In this document: positions 29,801 through 38,117 of the stretch, piece after piece
Numbering within the stretch: position 1 is the first letter of the stretch
Layout of the letters: each line of letters starts with the position of its first letter
DNA from: Candidatus Eiseniibacteriota bacterium
GTDB taxonomy: Bacteria > Eisenbacteria > RBG-16-71-46 > CAZAMP01
Direction of reading: 5' to 3'
DNA length: 64,000 bases
NCBI GenBank assembly: GCA_965224245.1
Contig: OZ245046.1
Span: 3,776,001-3,840,000 of the forward strand
Notes under the pieces: model-generated
Database searches by the model: none
What the model saw: only the letters and a program-made list of their open reading frames with translations
Told to the model about the DNA's origin: nothing
Position numbers and translations under genes: made by a program

Positions 29801-30733
29801 CGCCAGCGGAACCGTGCCCAGGAGCACGAACCGGGAGCTGCGGCGAAGCGCTGCGCCGATCCGATCGCGCCCGAGCGCCTTCACCGCCGACAGCTTCGGC
29901 AGGAGCGGCGAGACGAGCGCATCGATCACGACCGTCACGTAGTTGAAGAACCGGCACGCCAGGTAGTACGCGGCGAGCGATGCGGGTCCGAGGAGAATGC
30001 CGACCACGAGCTTGTCGGCGTGCATGCTGCCCAGCCGCAGGAATCCGTTCAGGTAGAACGGCAGCGCCAGCCGACCGATCGACTCGACGTCGGGCCGCCG
30101 CGCGGGACCGATCAAGAGCCGCCGGTGCCAGAACGCGAGACCCAGCGTCAGGAAGAGCTCGCCGATCGCGTACGCGAGCACCATCTCCTCGAACCGACCG
30201 GTCCACAGCAGCGTGGCGAGCGCGAGCGCGCGAAGCGGTAGATCGTGCACGATGCGCATCACGCTGACGCTCGCGATCCGATCGAGAGCCGAGACGACGA
30301 GGAGTGACTGCTCGTAGAGACGACCGCTCACCACCGCGAGTGCGAGCGCACGCACGAGCGGCGCATGATCGGGTGAGCGGAGAAAGAGCGCGGCCACGGG
30401 CTCGGGCCGGACGACGAGCACGGCCACCAGCGGTACGAGCGCGAGCGACGGGAGCACGAGCGTTCGTCGAGCGACCCAGCGTGCGCTGGGGGCGTCGCCC
30501 CGCGCCATCGCCGGGGGACCCAGCTGGTACAGCACGCCCACCAGCCCGAACGCCGACACGGTGCCGGTCAGGGCCAGAAACGGCTCCAGGAGCGCCCACG
30601 CGGCCAGCTCGAGCGGGCTGACCCGGCGCGTCAGCACGGCCAGCCAGGTGACGCCGGCGACGGCCATGATTCCCTGAGCCGAGAGAAGCCCCGCGCTGTC
30701 GCGGATCGCGCGAGTGGCTCGGTTGGCATCCAC
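26888..30733 (-). CDS. In-frame fusion of an N-terminal Wzx/MOP oligosaccharide flippase and a C-terminal SLBB-repeat polysaccharide export protein (Wza/KpsD-like)
   Basis: ~480 aa multi-TM part with DKLVVG..G...LAAYYLA; then PFGYDLF..DYLVGPGDEL..WG..VDREG, repeated V.GEV..PG.Y SLBB units and PGTTIVVP. Confidence 0.85.
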   Translation of the reverse strand: MDANRATRAIRDSAGLLSAQGIMAVAGVTWLAVLTRRVSPLELAAWALLEPFLALTGTVSAFGLVGVLYQLGPPAMARGDAPSARWVARRTLVLPSLALVPLVAVLVVRPEPVAALFLRSPDHAPLVRALALAVVSGRLYEQSLLVVSALDRIASVSVMRIVHDLPLRALALATLLWTGRFEEMVLAYAIGELFLTLGLAFWHRRLLIGPARRPDVESIGRLALPFYLNGFLRLGSMHADKLVVGILLGPASLAAYYLACRFFNYVTVVIDALVSPLLPKLSAVKALGRDRIGAALRRSSRFVLLGTVPLAASIAVASGSLVDVIGGGRYPAAAPVLAVLCLAATLYALHALLGGVVYVAAPPGQTVRLELWGSLTNLGMVFVLGNLFGLVGIAGARVAAGLMMTGLGRLLARRICDGDVDWRFAASVAARVGAALIPALALSLLVESPIPVLLASALAGGVSVVRLLGRLSDRDLDAMEAATPSAVRGAVRRLRSRSWPARGSRAAALVAVVSAALLTTLGSSHAQDLSHSEVEQLRRHAVGSVGRIDEVEARAIQDALSSARRATLDSLRDRARSSASGVGLGDAELAPTPPPVRDPDAIGARRDSTALTPFGYDLFTDSPDGFAPLDWGRVPPDYLVGPGDELVLTVWGDTELVETLPVDREGRVFIKDVGLVAVAGRALDVLEHELEIRLADVYSGLRGRDGADPTTWFDLSVARVRTIQVFVLGEVGRPGAYRVTATASVLDVLFRAGGPRESGTLRAIEVVRDGRAVATVDLYRVLLAGDLSHDVGLASGDAIHVPTAGARVRVAGEVFREAVYEVRAGEGLADVLAAAGGLTAEAYLERANVRRVARGDVATGERDYGWELKTVGRNELLGVVPFPLRDGDQITIDAVLEETGRYVEVTGRGVRRPGRVAWRSGMTLGTAIGQAGGLRPDARTHDVQLVRRDPDRREAIMRVDLGDDTDMHMALADRDHVTVRSQWDFVERDSVRIVGPVRAPGRYALPRGTSLADLVRMAGGLRETAYDRFVEVARMDTTASAERRRSDVYRVDVLGWDDGRGEAPGFMLVRNDVVYVRERAGWERQQNVSITGEVRFPGVYSLSRPGETLSELIERAGGLLEGAYVRAAIFTREQNEAGRIGIDLARALAEPGGPEDLTLVDGDALRIPEAPQTVKVVGEVGFPTSVIFRAGEGVKYYLRHAGGLTEFADGDRILVQRANGSVDHGTGGFLRHGPTVDPGTTIVVPRKIESPHGSRWRDVADVISVLSGAATTIFLINEVTK

Positions 30734-30743
30734 CGCCGTGCCC

Positions 30744-31892
30744 CTAGCGAGCGAGACCGGCGGCGGGGGCCTCGACCAGCGGCCGCACGATCGTGAGGAG
30801 CTCGTGCATCTGGATCGCGGTTCCCACCGTGATCCGGAGGCAGCCCGACAGCCCCGCCAGGTGAGCCAGGTTCCGCACGAAGACGTTCTTTCCCCGGAGC
30901 GCCTCGCTCAACGACGCCGGATCGTCGGGGCGGATGATCATGAAGTTGGCCGGGGTCGGATGGCACTGGATGCCGATCTCGGTGAGCCCCTTCTCGAGCT
31001 CACTCATGCCCCAGCGCACGTCGGCGCAGTACTCGCGGACGTCCTGATACGCGTCGAGGGCGGCCACCGCGGCCACCTGACCCAGCGCGTTGACGCTCTT
31101 GCCGACGCGAATGCGAGCGAGCACGTCGACGATCGTCGGGTGGGCGACCACGTAGCCGATCCGGAATCCCGCGAGACCGAAGGCCTTGGAGAACGTGCGG
31201 GTCACGAGGAGATTCGGATGCGCGCGCACGAGATCGATCACCGAGCGTTCGGAGTACTCGTGGTACGCCTCGTCCACGACCACGAGCGAGGAGCGATGCC
31301 GCGAGGCGAGGCGGCGAATCACCGTGTCGTCGTACTCGGTGCCGGTCGGGTTGTTCGGGCTCCCCAGGTAGATCAGCCGCGACCCGGGGACGATCGCGTC
31401 CAGCTCGGCCAGGTCCGGATCCAGGGGCGACGTGTAGGTGAAGGCCTCGACGTGCGCGCCGGCGGCCTCGGCGTAGACGCGGAAGTTGTCGTACGTCGGG
31501 GACACGGTGGTCACCCGTGCGCCCGGCTCCAGGTAGGCCCGGGTCACGTACTCCAGCGCGCTGTCGGATCCGGCGAACGTCAGAATGGACTCCGTCGGCA
31601 GACCCGTGTACCCCGACAGCGCGGTCGTCAGCGTCGTCGCGGCCACGTCCGGATACCAGTTGAGCGGTCGCCCCTCGAGAAACCGGCGCACCTCGTGGAT
31701 GACGAGGGCCGGCGGGGACACCGTCGACTCGTTCCAGTCGAGCTTCATCGCGCGCGCCGGATCGACCAGCGAAAGCGCCTCCTGGCTCACGACGGGATAG
31801 GGCCGGATTGCCTCGACCCACGGCGTCGCGGGAATGCGTCCGTCGAGCGGGTCACGAATGGACTTCGCGGTCACCATGATCTCCCAGGCCAT
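30744..31892 (-). CDS. PLP-dependent aminotransferase, histidinol-phosphate aminotransferase (HisC/CobD) family
   Basis: KLDWNES, YPD, GSD, PNNPTG, DEAYHEY, RTFSKAFGLAGFRIGY, LRITVG. Confidence 0.9.
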   Translation of the reverse strand: MAWEIMVTAKSIRDPLDGRIPATPWVEAIRPYPVVSQEALSLVDPARAMKLDWNESTVSPPALVIHEVRRFLEGRPLNWYPDVAATTLTTALSGYTGLPTESILTFAGSDSALEYVTRAYLEPGARVTTVSPTYDNFRVYAEAAGAHVEAFTYTSPLDPDLAELDAIVPGSRLIYLGSPNNPTGTEYDDTVIRRLASRHRSSLVVVDEAYHEYSERSVIDLVRAHPNLLVTRTFSKAFGLAGFRIGYVVAHPTIVDVLARIRVGKSVNALGQVAAVAALDAYQDVREYCADVRWGMSELEKGLTEIGIQCHPTPANFMIIRPDDPASLSEALRGKNVFVRNLAHLAGLSGCLRITVGTAIQMHELLTIVRPLVEAPAAGLAR

Positions 31893-33342
31893 TGACGGCG
31901 CGCCGGAACGGCCGCCGCGTCACGGACTCCCCGGCCGAGAACGCCCGGACGCACTGACGCAGCTTGCCGCCGGGCCCGGGGGGTATCTCGTCCACGACGG
32001 TCCACGTCAGCGAGCAGTCCGACAGATAGCGACCGACCTCGAACCGGAGCGCCTCGAGCACGGACGGGGCGATCGCCGCGCCGTCGCGCTCGAGCGTGAT
32101 CTCGAAGCGCGTCCAGTCGGTCTGGACGATCTGGAAGCGGCGCACGCCGGCCGCGCCGCGGAAGATCTTGTGGAAGACGTGCGACGACAGCGTCTCGCCG
32201 CCGGGAAACACGAACACGTCGTTCACGCGTCCGATGATCTCGCGCACGAGCGGCAGCCCGCGACCGCAGGCACAGCCCATGCCCGGATCCTCGGGTCGTC
32301 CGAGATCGCCCACGCGATACCGAACGAGAGGCAGCGCCCGGGACGTGAAGCTCGTGACGACGAGCTCGCCCACCTCGCCGGGTCGGACGGGTCTCCCGTC
32401 GGCGGCCAGGAACTCCACGAGCGCCGCGTCGGACTGCAGGTGGAGGCGGTGTGCCGGATCGGCGCCGCACTCGTGCGCGATCACGCCGACCTCGGTACCG
32501 CCGTAGCGGTTGAACACCCGGGCCCGAAACGCCCGCGCGATCAGCCGGCGCAAGGCCGGGCTCAGCGTCTCCCCGCCGCAGATGACCGACTCGGCCGTGG
32601 CGTCCTCGATCCCGTTGGCCACGACGTGGCGCGCCAGCAGCGAGAGCGCGCTGACGTATCCCTCGATCACCCGCGGCCGGTGTGAGCGGATGCGGTCACA
32701 CATCTCGGCCAGCCGGGCCTCGTCGAGCCGCGAGCGCTCGGGGCGGGTGGCGTCGTAGACCGAGAGCTCGACCAGACGGTGGAGGCGCCTGCGCACGCGC
32801 TCGCGCGGACCGGCGGCGCCGTCGGTGCGCCAGAGCTTCACGTTCGGATCGCCGTCGTAGTATCCGGCGGCCTCGCGCGTGCGAAACGTGAGTGCACGAC
32901 GCTCGCGCGCCGACTTCGCGTCCAGCGGGAACCGGAACGGCTCGCCGGTGGACCCGGTGGACGCCATCGGGTACACCGGTCGTTCGTAGCGATCCGAGAG
33001 CGCGGTTCCGGCCTCGAGCGCCTCGCGCAGCATCGACTTGTCGACGATCGGAAGCCGGCGGACGTCCTCGGGCCGCCGAAGGTCGCGCGGCGAGACCCCG
33101 TGCGCGGTCCAGAGCTCCCGGTAGAAGCGATTGTGCTCCCAGGCGAACGTGGTGATGCGAAGGAGGCGTTGCCACTGGAGCTCTCGAATCCGATTCGCCG
33201 GCCACCATTCCCGGGGCCGGATGGCCCGGTACTCCGACCACGTCCGCCGGTTGAACACCTGGACGGCCGCCCGCCAGAGGCGCGCGCCCGCTCCGGGCCG
33301 GACGGCGGTGCGGGGTTCGACGATCGATGGGGCCGTGGCCAT
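31852..33342 (-). CDS. Phenylacetate-CoA-ligase / CapK-like adenylating enzyme
   Basis: LPIVDK, STGSTGEP, RYGGTE, PLVRYRVGD, IIGRVND, GKLR. Confidence 0.87.
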   Translation of the reverse strand: MATAPSIVEPRTAVRPGAGARLWRAAVQVFNRRTWSEYRAIRPREWWPANRIRELQWQRLLRITTFAWEHNRFYRELWTAHGVSPRDLRRPEDVRRLPIVDKSMLREALEAGTALSDRYERPVYPMASTGSTGEPFRFPLDAKSARERRALTFRTREAAGYYDGDPNVKLWRTDGAAGPRERVRRRLHRLVELSVYDATRPERSRLDEARLAEMCDRIRSHRPRVIEGYVSALSLLARHVVANGIEDATAESVICGGETLSPALRRLIARAFRARVFNRYGGTEVGVIAHECGADPAHRLHLQSDAALVEFLAADGRPVRPGEVGELVVTSFTSRALPLVRYRVGDLGRPEDPGMGCACGRGLPLVREIIGRVNDVFVFPGGETLSSHVFHKIFRGAAGVRRFQIVQTDWTRFEITLERDGAAIAPSVLEALRFEVGRYLSDCSLTWTVVDEIPPGPGGKLRQCVRAFSAGESVTRRPFRRAVNGLGDHGDREVHS

Positions 33343-33430
33343 GGGGACCTCTCTCTCACGCGAGCGCGAGCCAGCGCGGCCCCATCCATGGGGCCCTCGA
33401 CGAGCCATCCCGGCCCGGCGCCTTCGGAAG

Positions 33431-33460
33431 TGAAGGTCGGCTGATGTCCGCCGATCTTTA
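33431..33460. promoter_or_regulatory. Overlapping back-to-back sigma28-like promoters
   Basis: Plus: TGAA-N15-GCCGATCT (33431-33457); minus: TAAA-N15-GCCGACCT (33460-33434). Confidence 0.6.
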
Positions 33461-33495
33461 CGGGGAACTCGTTCCCGCGGGAGAAAGACGACAGG

Positions 33496-34359
33496 GTGCA
33501 CCCGATCCGCTTCGCGCTCCGAGACGACGACACGTCGGCGTTCACGACGCCCGAGAGCCTCGAATCGGCCTATGGCCATCTGTGGGACCGGCATCCGGTG
33601 TCGCTGGCCGTGATCCCGTTCGCCGTGGAGACGCGCCACCTCGGCGATCCCGCCCGCTTCGAGCAGGGTGACGAGGCGGTTCCGCTCGGGCACAATCGCC
33701 GGCTCGTCCGCTTTCTCCGCGACGCGATCGCGGCGGGCCACGTGTCGATCCTGCTGCACGGACATCGGCACCGGTACCGGAGGGGGACTCGCGCCGGCGA
33801 GTGGATCCCCGAGTTCGTGGCCGCGGACGATCCCCATCGGCTGATCGGTGAGGGACGCCGGTACCTCGAGTCCCTCCTCGACGTCCGGATCCGCACCTTC
33901 GTCCCCCCCTCCAACGCGATGTCGCCGGCGGCCTACGCGGCGGTCCGGCGGCACGGGCTGAACCTCACCCAGCTCCCTGCGCTCCGCGTCGCGCTGGCGT
34001 CGGCCTCGCCGTCGGCGTGGCCCACCCTCGCCCGCCGGATCGGGGCCCGCCTCGCCGGGAGCGACATGCCCGACGTGCTCCAGCTGGCGACGCACCGGGA
34101 ACTCGCCGCCATCCCGATCACGCCACGCACCCCGTTCGAGAGCGTCCGTGACGCGCTCGATCGACGGCGGAGGACGGTGTGTCTGGCCACCCATCACTGG
34201 GAGCTGGACCGCGCGGTGGATCCATCCGTCGCGCATCCCGGCGGTCCGGGCGTCACGGTGGGCGACGTGCTCGCCGGCGCCCTCGCCTGGCTCGACGCGC
34301 GGGGCGCGATCGGCGTGACGGTCGACGATCTCTTCGAGCCCGACTACGCGGCCGCCTGA
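33496..34359 (+). CDS. DUF2334 / polysaccharide deacetylase (NodB-like) protein
   Basis: FALRDDD, LAVIP, LHGHRH, EF, FVPPSN, THHWE. Confidence 0.8.
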   Translation: MHPIRFALRDDDTSAFTTPESLESAYGHLWDRHPVSLAVIPFAVETRHLGDPARFEQGDEAVPLGHNRRLVRFLRDAIAAGHVSILLHGHRHRYRRGTRAGEWIPEFVAADDPHRLIGEGRRYLESLLDVRIRTFVPPSNAMSPAAYAAVRRHGLNLTQLPALRVALASASPSAWPTLARRIGARLAGSDMPDVLQLATHRELAAIPITPRTPFESVRDALDRRRRTVCLATHHWELDRAVDPSVAHPGGPGVTVGDVLAGALAWLDARGAIGVTVDDLFEPDYAAA

Positions 34360-35468
34360 GCCCCGAGCACGGCCTCGAGACGATCCACCGCTTCGGACCA
34401 GTCGTGAGAGGTGATGACGGCGGCGCGCGCGCGCCCCCCCATCGCGCGCCGGCGTTCGGGGCTCGCCACGAGGGAGGCGACGTGTGCCGCGAAAGCGGCC
34501 TCGTCGCCGGCCGGCGCGAGCAGGCCCGTGTCCCCGTGGCGGACCTGGTCCGCGAGCCCGCCGACGTCGAAGGCGACGACGGGCAGTCCCGAGGACATGG
34601 CCTCCAGCACGGCGTTGGGATAGTTGTCGAAGCTCGATGGGAGCACGAACACGTCGGCGGCGCGAAGGCGCCCCGCAACGTCGTCCGGGGAGAGGTGTCC
34701 GAAGAGCCGTACGCGCCCGGAGAGTCCCCGGCGGCGCACGTCCCGGGCGAGTCCCTCCCGAAGGGGACCGTCGCCGGCGACGTCCAGCCGGACGTCGTGA
34801 CCGCCGGCCAGGAGGCTCTCCAGCATCGGCAGCAGCCGGTGCACCGACTTGACGGGAACCAGTCGGCCCACGAAGACGAGGCGCGTCCGGCCCGACCGCG
34901 ACTCGCGTGCGGGATCGGGACGGAACCGCTCGGCGTCGACCCCCTTGCGCACCTCGACGACGTCGACCCCCAGGTGCTCGCGGATCGCGCGCACGTCGAA
35001 CCCGTCCGCGACGATCGCGTCCACCCCGCGGGCGGCCTCTTTCACGTCTCCGGGAGGCAATCCGCCCGAGCTCGCGACGACCACCCGGATACCCAGCCCG
35101 CGCTTGATGCGCCAGGCCAGGGGAAACAGGCCGAAGGTGAGCACGGCGTCGACGCCCGACCGGGCCCGCCCGGCACACGCATCGACCGCGCGGAACGCAG
35201 CGCGCTCGAAGAGTCGCTCGTCGAGGCGGACCAGGACACCTCGCCCCCGCGCCACGCGATACGACCAGTCGCGGAGATACGGTGCCTTCACCCCGACGCC
35301 CTCGATGCCGTCGGGAAAGGCGTACCGCGGCGGGCCCAGGAGGGGATGCGCGCAGACGAGCGTGATCGCGTGCCCGCGTGAGAGGAGCCCGTCCGCGAAC
35401 GCCAGCGTCCGGGTCTCGCCGCCGCCCCGCATCATCGCGAGGCTCTTGTTCACCACGATGATGTTCAT
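34344..35468 (-). CDS. Glycosyltransferase family 4
   Basis: GGGET, GRLVPVK, PSSFDNYPNAVLEAMSSGLPVV. Confidence 0.9.
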   Translation of the reverse strand: MNIIVVNKSLAMMRGGGETRTLAFADGLLSRGHAITLVCAHPLLGPPRYAFPDGIEGVGVKAPYLRDWSYRVARGRGVLVRLDERLFERAAFRAVDACAGRARSGVDAVLTFGLFPLAWRIKRGLGIRVVVASSGGLPPGDVKEAARGVDAIVADGFDVRAIREHLGVDVVEVRKGVDAERFRPDPARESRSGRTRLVFVGRLVPVKSVHRLLPMLESLLAGGHDVRLDVAGDGPLREGLARDVRRRGLSGRVRLFGHLSPDDVAGRLRAADVFVLPSSFDNYPNAVLEAMSSGLPVVAFDVGGLADQVRHGDTGLLAPAGDEAAFAAHVASLVASPERRRAMGGRARAAVITSHDWSEAVDRLEAVLGAQAAA

Positions 35469-35477
35469 GGGGGCGCC

Positions 35478-36827
35478 TCAGGCAGCCTGACTCGTCACGA
35501 GCGATCGGACGGCGCGGTGCTTGTCGCCGATCTCGGCGGCCGCGCGCCGCGTCTCCCGCCACGAGAAGCGGATCCCGGGGAAGCGTTCGGTCACCAGCGC
35601 CCGCACGCGGGCCAGCTCGCCCGGATCCATCCGGCCGTCCGGAATGACGAAGGTGACCTCGATCCGATCCGGATCGGTCTGGACGACCGTGAACCGATCC
35701 ACCGAGCGCAGATCGCGGAAGTAGATGTGCCAGACGTGCGAGAAGACGCGGCGCCCGTCGGGCAGGACGAACACGTCGTTGACGCGCCCGTGCACCGCGC
35801 GCAGCCGGGGAAACGGCCCGTGTGCGATCGGGTCCAGCTCCGCGAGGTCGCCGATCTCGTAGCGGATCAGCGGCATCGCGCGGTTCAGGAGGTCGGTCAC
35901 GAGCAGCCGTCCGGGCTCGCCCTCGCGCGAGGGCAGGATCTCGAGATGGTAGTAGTCGCTGAACGCGGTCAAGGACGTCTCGCCGGCGGCGTTGACGGCG
36001 ATCATGGGCGCCTCGGACGCGCCGTAGAGGTTGTGCACCGGACACCCGAACGCCTCGGTCAGGAGCGCCCGCTCGGCATCGCCGAGGTACTCGGCCGAGC
36101 ACACGACGCGCTGGGGCCGGATGCGATCGTCTCCGGCGCGAACGACGTGACGGGCCAGCGCCACCAGCGCGCTCACGTATCCGCGGACGATGTGTGGGTC
36201 GAAGCGGGCCACCTCGGTGGCCACGGCGGCCAGCGCCGCGTTCCCCATCGCGCTCTCGACCGGCCTGGTGACCTCGGTCACCGGAATCCACTGAAGGAGT
36301 CCCCGTGCGATGCGGCGCCGGTCGGCCGCGCCGTGCGACTCGTAACGTCGCCAGAGACGGGTCGTCCGTTTCCAGCCGGCGTGCCCGATCCACCGCTCGC
36401 CACGCGCCAGGAGTGCCCGGCGCCGCCACAGGCACCTTCGATCCTCGGCGAACCGGAGCGGGGTCCCGGTCGATCCGGTCGTCGTGCCGATCACGAGCTC
36501 GCGCGGCGCGAACGCGCGGGACAGCGCTCTCCCGTCGGCCAGGGCCTCCCGGAGCTCGTCCTTGGCCAGCGGTGGCAGGTAGGCGAGATCGGTGAGATCG
36601 CGGATGTCGTCGGGTCGCATCGCGGCCGCGAGCATGCGCTCGCGGTGGAGCGGCACCGTCTCGAACGCGTGCGCACAGAGCGCGCGAAGCCGCGCGATCT
36701 GGTACTCGCGCATGCGCTCGAGATCCCAGCGCTCGCGCGCGCGGGCGGCGAGGCGGTCGACGTTCGCGCGCGGGTTCCTCCAGGACAGCACCGGCGAGCC
36801 GATGCGAATGAGCGGAGTCACGTTCAT
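35478..36827 (-). CDS. Second phenylacetate-CoA-ligase / CapK-like adenylating enzyme
   Basis: TTGSTGTP, YGASE, MPLIRYEIGD, GRVND; paralogue of 31852-33342. Confidence 0.87.
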   Translation of the reverse strand: MNVTPLIRIGSPVLSWRNPRANVDRLAARARERWDLERMREYQIARLRALCAHAFETVPLHRERMLAAAMRPDDIRDLTDLAYLPPLAKDELREALADGRALSRAFAPRELVIGTTTGSTGTPLRFAEDRRCLWRRRALLARGERWIGHAGWKRTTRLWRRYESHGAADRRRIARGLLQWIPVTEVTRPVESAMGNAALAAVATEVARFDPHIVRGYVSALVALARHVVRAGDDRIRPQRVVCSAEYLGDAERALLTEAFGCPVHNLYGASEAPMIAVNAAGETSLTAFSDYYHLEILPSREGEPGRLLVTDLLNRAMPLIRYEIGDLAELDPIAHGPFPRLRAVHGRVNDVFVLPDGRRVFSHVWHIYFRDLRSVDRFTVVQTDPDRIEVTFVIPDGRMDPGELARVRALVTERFPGIRFSWRETRRAAAEIGDKHRAVRSLVTSQAA

Positions 36828-37720
36828 GCCGCCACCCCGCGCGGCTGCGCGCCGGTCGAGGGGCCGCCGGTCGCGGCGGTCACCGGCTCGACGACCCCGG
36901 TGGCGGGGTCCCGTCGCCAGCGCCGCTCGCCGTTCGCCGGCGAGCGTTCGAGCTCGATTCGGGCATCGAGCCACTCGCGCACCTCTCGCTTGATCGCGCG
37001 CCATGGAGCCCTGGCCGGAGCCGGGATCGACGCCGTCAGACGGCGGCGAATCGACGTCATCGCCCCGGCCGGGCGTCCGAGATCACCGCGGGAGACGTCG
37101 GCCGCGGCCAGACGCACGACGACACCGCCCCGCCGGAGGCCGTCCGGACTCGGCTCGTCGACCTCGACCACCGATCGTCCGACCTCGTGGGGCGCGTGCG
37201 CGTCGCTGCCGGCGATCAGCGGAACGCGGGGCAGGTCCGGGAGACGGACCCGGAGACGGTCGAGCTCGGCGGGATCGCTCTTGGCGTTCGAGAGCTCGAT
37301 CAGGTCGATTGCGCTCAGCGCCGCCTCGACCTCGCGCGGGCCGTGGCGGTGCTCGTCCTCGGCGTTGGCCAGGAGACCGGTGTCCCGCCGGTACGGATGC
37401 GGGAGCGCGACCAGCCCCCCCAGGTCGTGGATCTCGTCGATGACATCGAGCAGCGACCGCGAACGAGGCGGCCGCGAGATCCACAGTCCGATGACGTGAG
37501 TCCGGCGATCGGTCGTGACCTCGATCCCGGGGACGATCTCCAGCGCCGCGCGTACCCGATCCACCTCGCGACGCACGGGGTCCACACCGGCCATCGTGTC
37601 GTGGTCGGTGATCGCCAGCGCCGCCAGGCCCCGGCCTACCGCCCAGGAGACGATGCGCCCCACGCGGGCGCTCGAGTCCGGCGAGAATCGCGTGTGGCAG
37701 TGGCCGTCGATGCGAAACAT
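36824..37720 (-). CDS. PHP-domain phosphoesterase (TrpH-like)
   Basis: DGHCHT..SPD, AITDHD, GIEV..H, PHPYR, GSDAH. Confidence 0.88.
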   Translation of the reverse strand: MFRIDGHCHTRFSPDSSARVGRIVSWAVGRGLAALAITDHDTMAGVDPVRREVDRVRAALEIVPGIEVTTDRRTHVIGLWISRPPRSRSLLDVIDEIHDLGGLVALPHPYRRDTGLLANAEDEHRHGPREVEAALSAIDLIELSNAKSDPAELDRLRVRLPDLPRVPLIAGSDAHAPHEVGRSVVEVDEPSPDGLRRGGVVVRLAAADVSRGDLGRPAGAMTSIRRRLTASIPAPARAPWRAIKREVREWLDARIELERSPANGERRWRRDPATGVVEPVTAATGGPSTGAQPRGVAA

Positions 37721-37794
37721 CCGGAACTCCTCGGTCGCGCTCGCGTTCCCCCGTCGAACGGCACGTCGGCTCGTGGGCGCGCGGCGTCCATTCT

Positions 37795-37881
37795 CAATCG
37801 GCTGCTCGCGCCCCTTCTGAAGTGGGCGGGCGCCGGCGCGGGACGACAAAAGCATCAAGGACGCCCATGGCGCTCCGACAA
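37795..37881. promoter_or_regulatory. Divergent sigma28-like promoter pair
   Basis: Plus: TCAA-N15-TCCGACAA (37855-37881); minus, weaker: TTCA-N15-GCCGATTG (37821-37795). Confidence 0.45.
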
Positions 37882-38117
37882 TTGGGCCGAGGACGAACGC
37901 CGTCCCGGGGCCTCCGGGGCGCGGTTGTCGGGTCGCGAGGTCTCGGCTAGACTCGCACCTCGCCCGTCGTCATACCGGCAGGAGCATCATCGGCGGAGCG
38001 ACGCGCGGCGGTCGACGAGGCGTCGCGACCACTCACTCGAACCCCGACGCGGCGGATACGTGCAGGTCCATCGACCCGCACGACGTCGTTGGGTCGGGAG
38101 CAAACGAGAACGCATCC

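Noticed and set aside
31852-36435. 1527-aa ORF read as one giant protein; similar N-terminal extensions on ORFs 13336-15945, 37187-40387, 21576-23309 and 24564-26810
   Set aside because: Only the 3' parts have protein-like composition; the extensions are Arg/Pro/Gly-rich and overlap real genes in other frames, unlike the Wzx-SLBB fusion where both halves are recognisable
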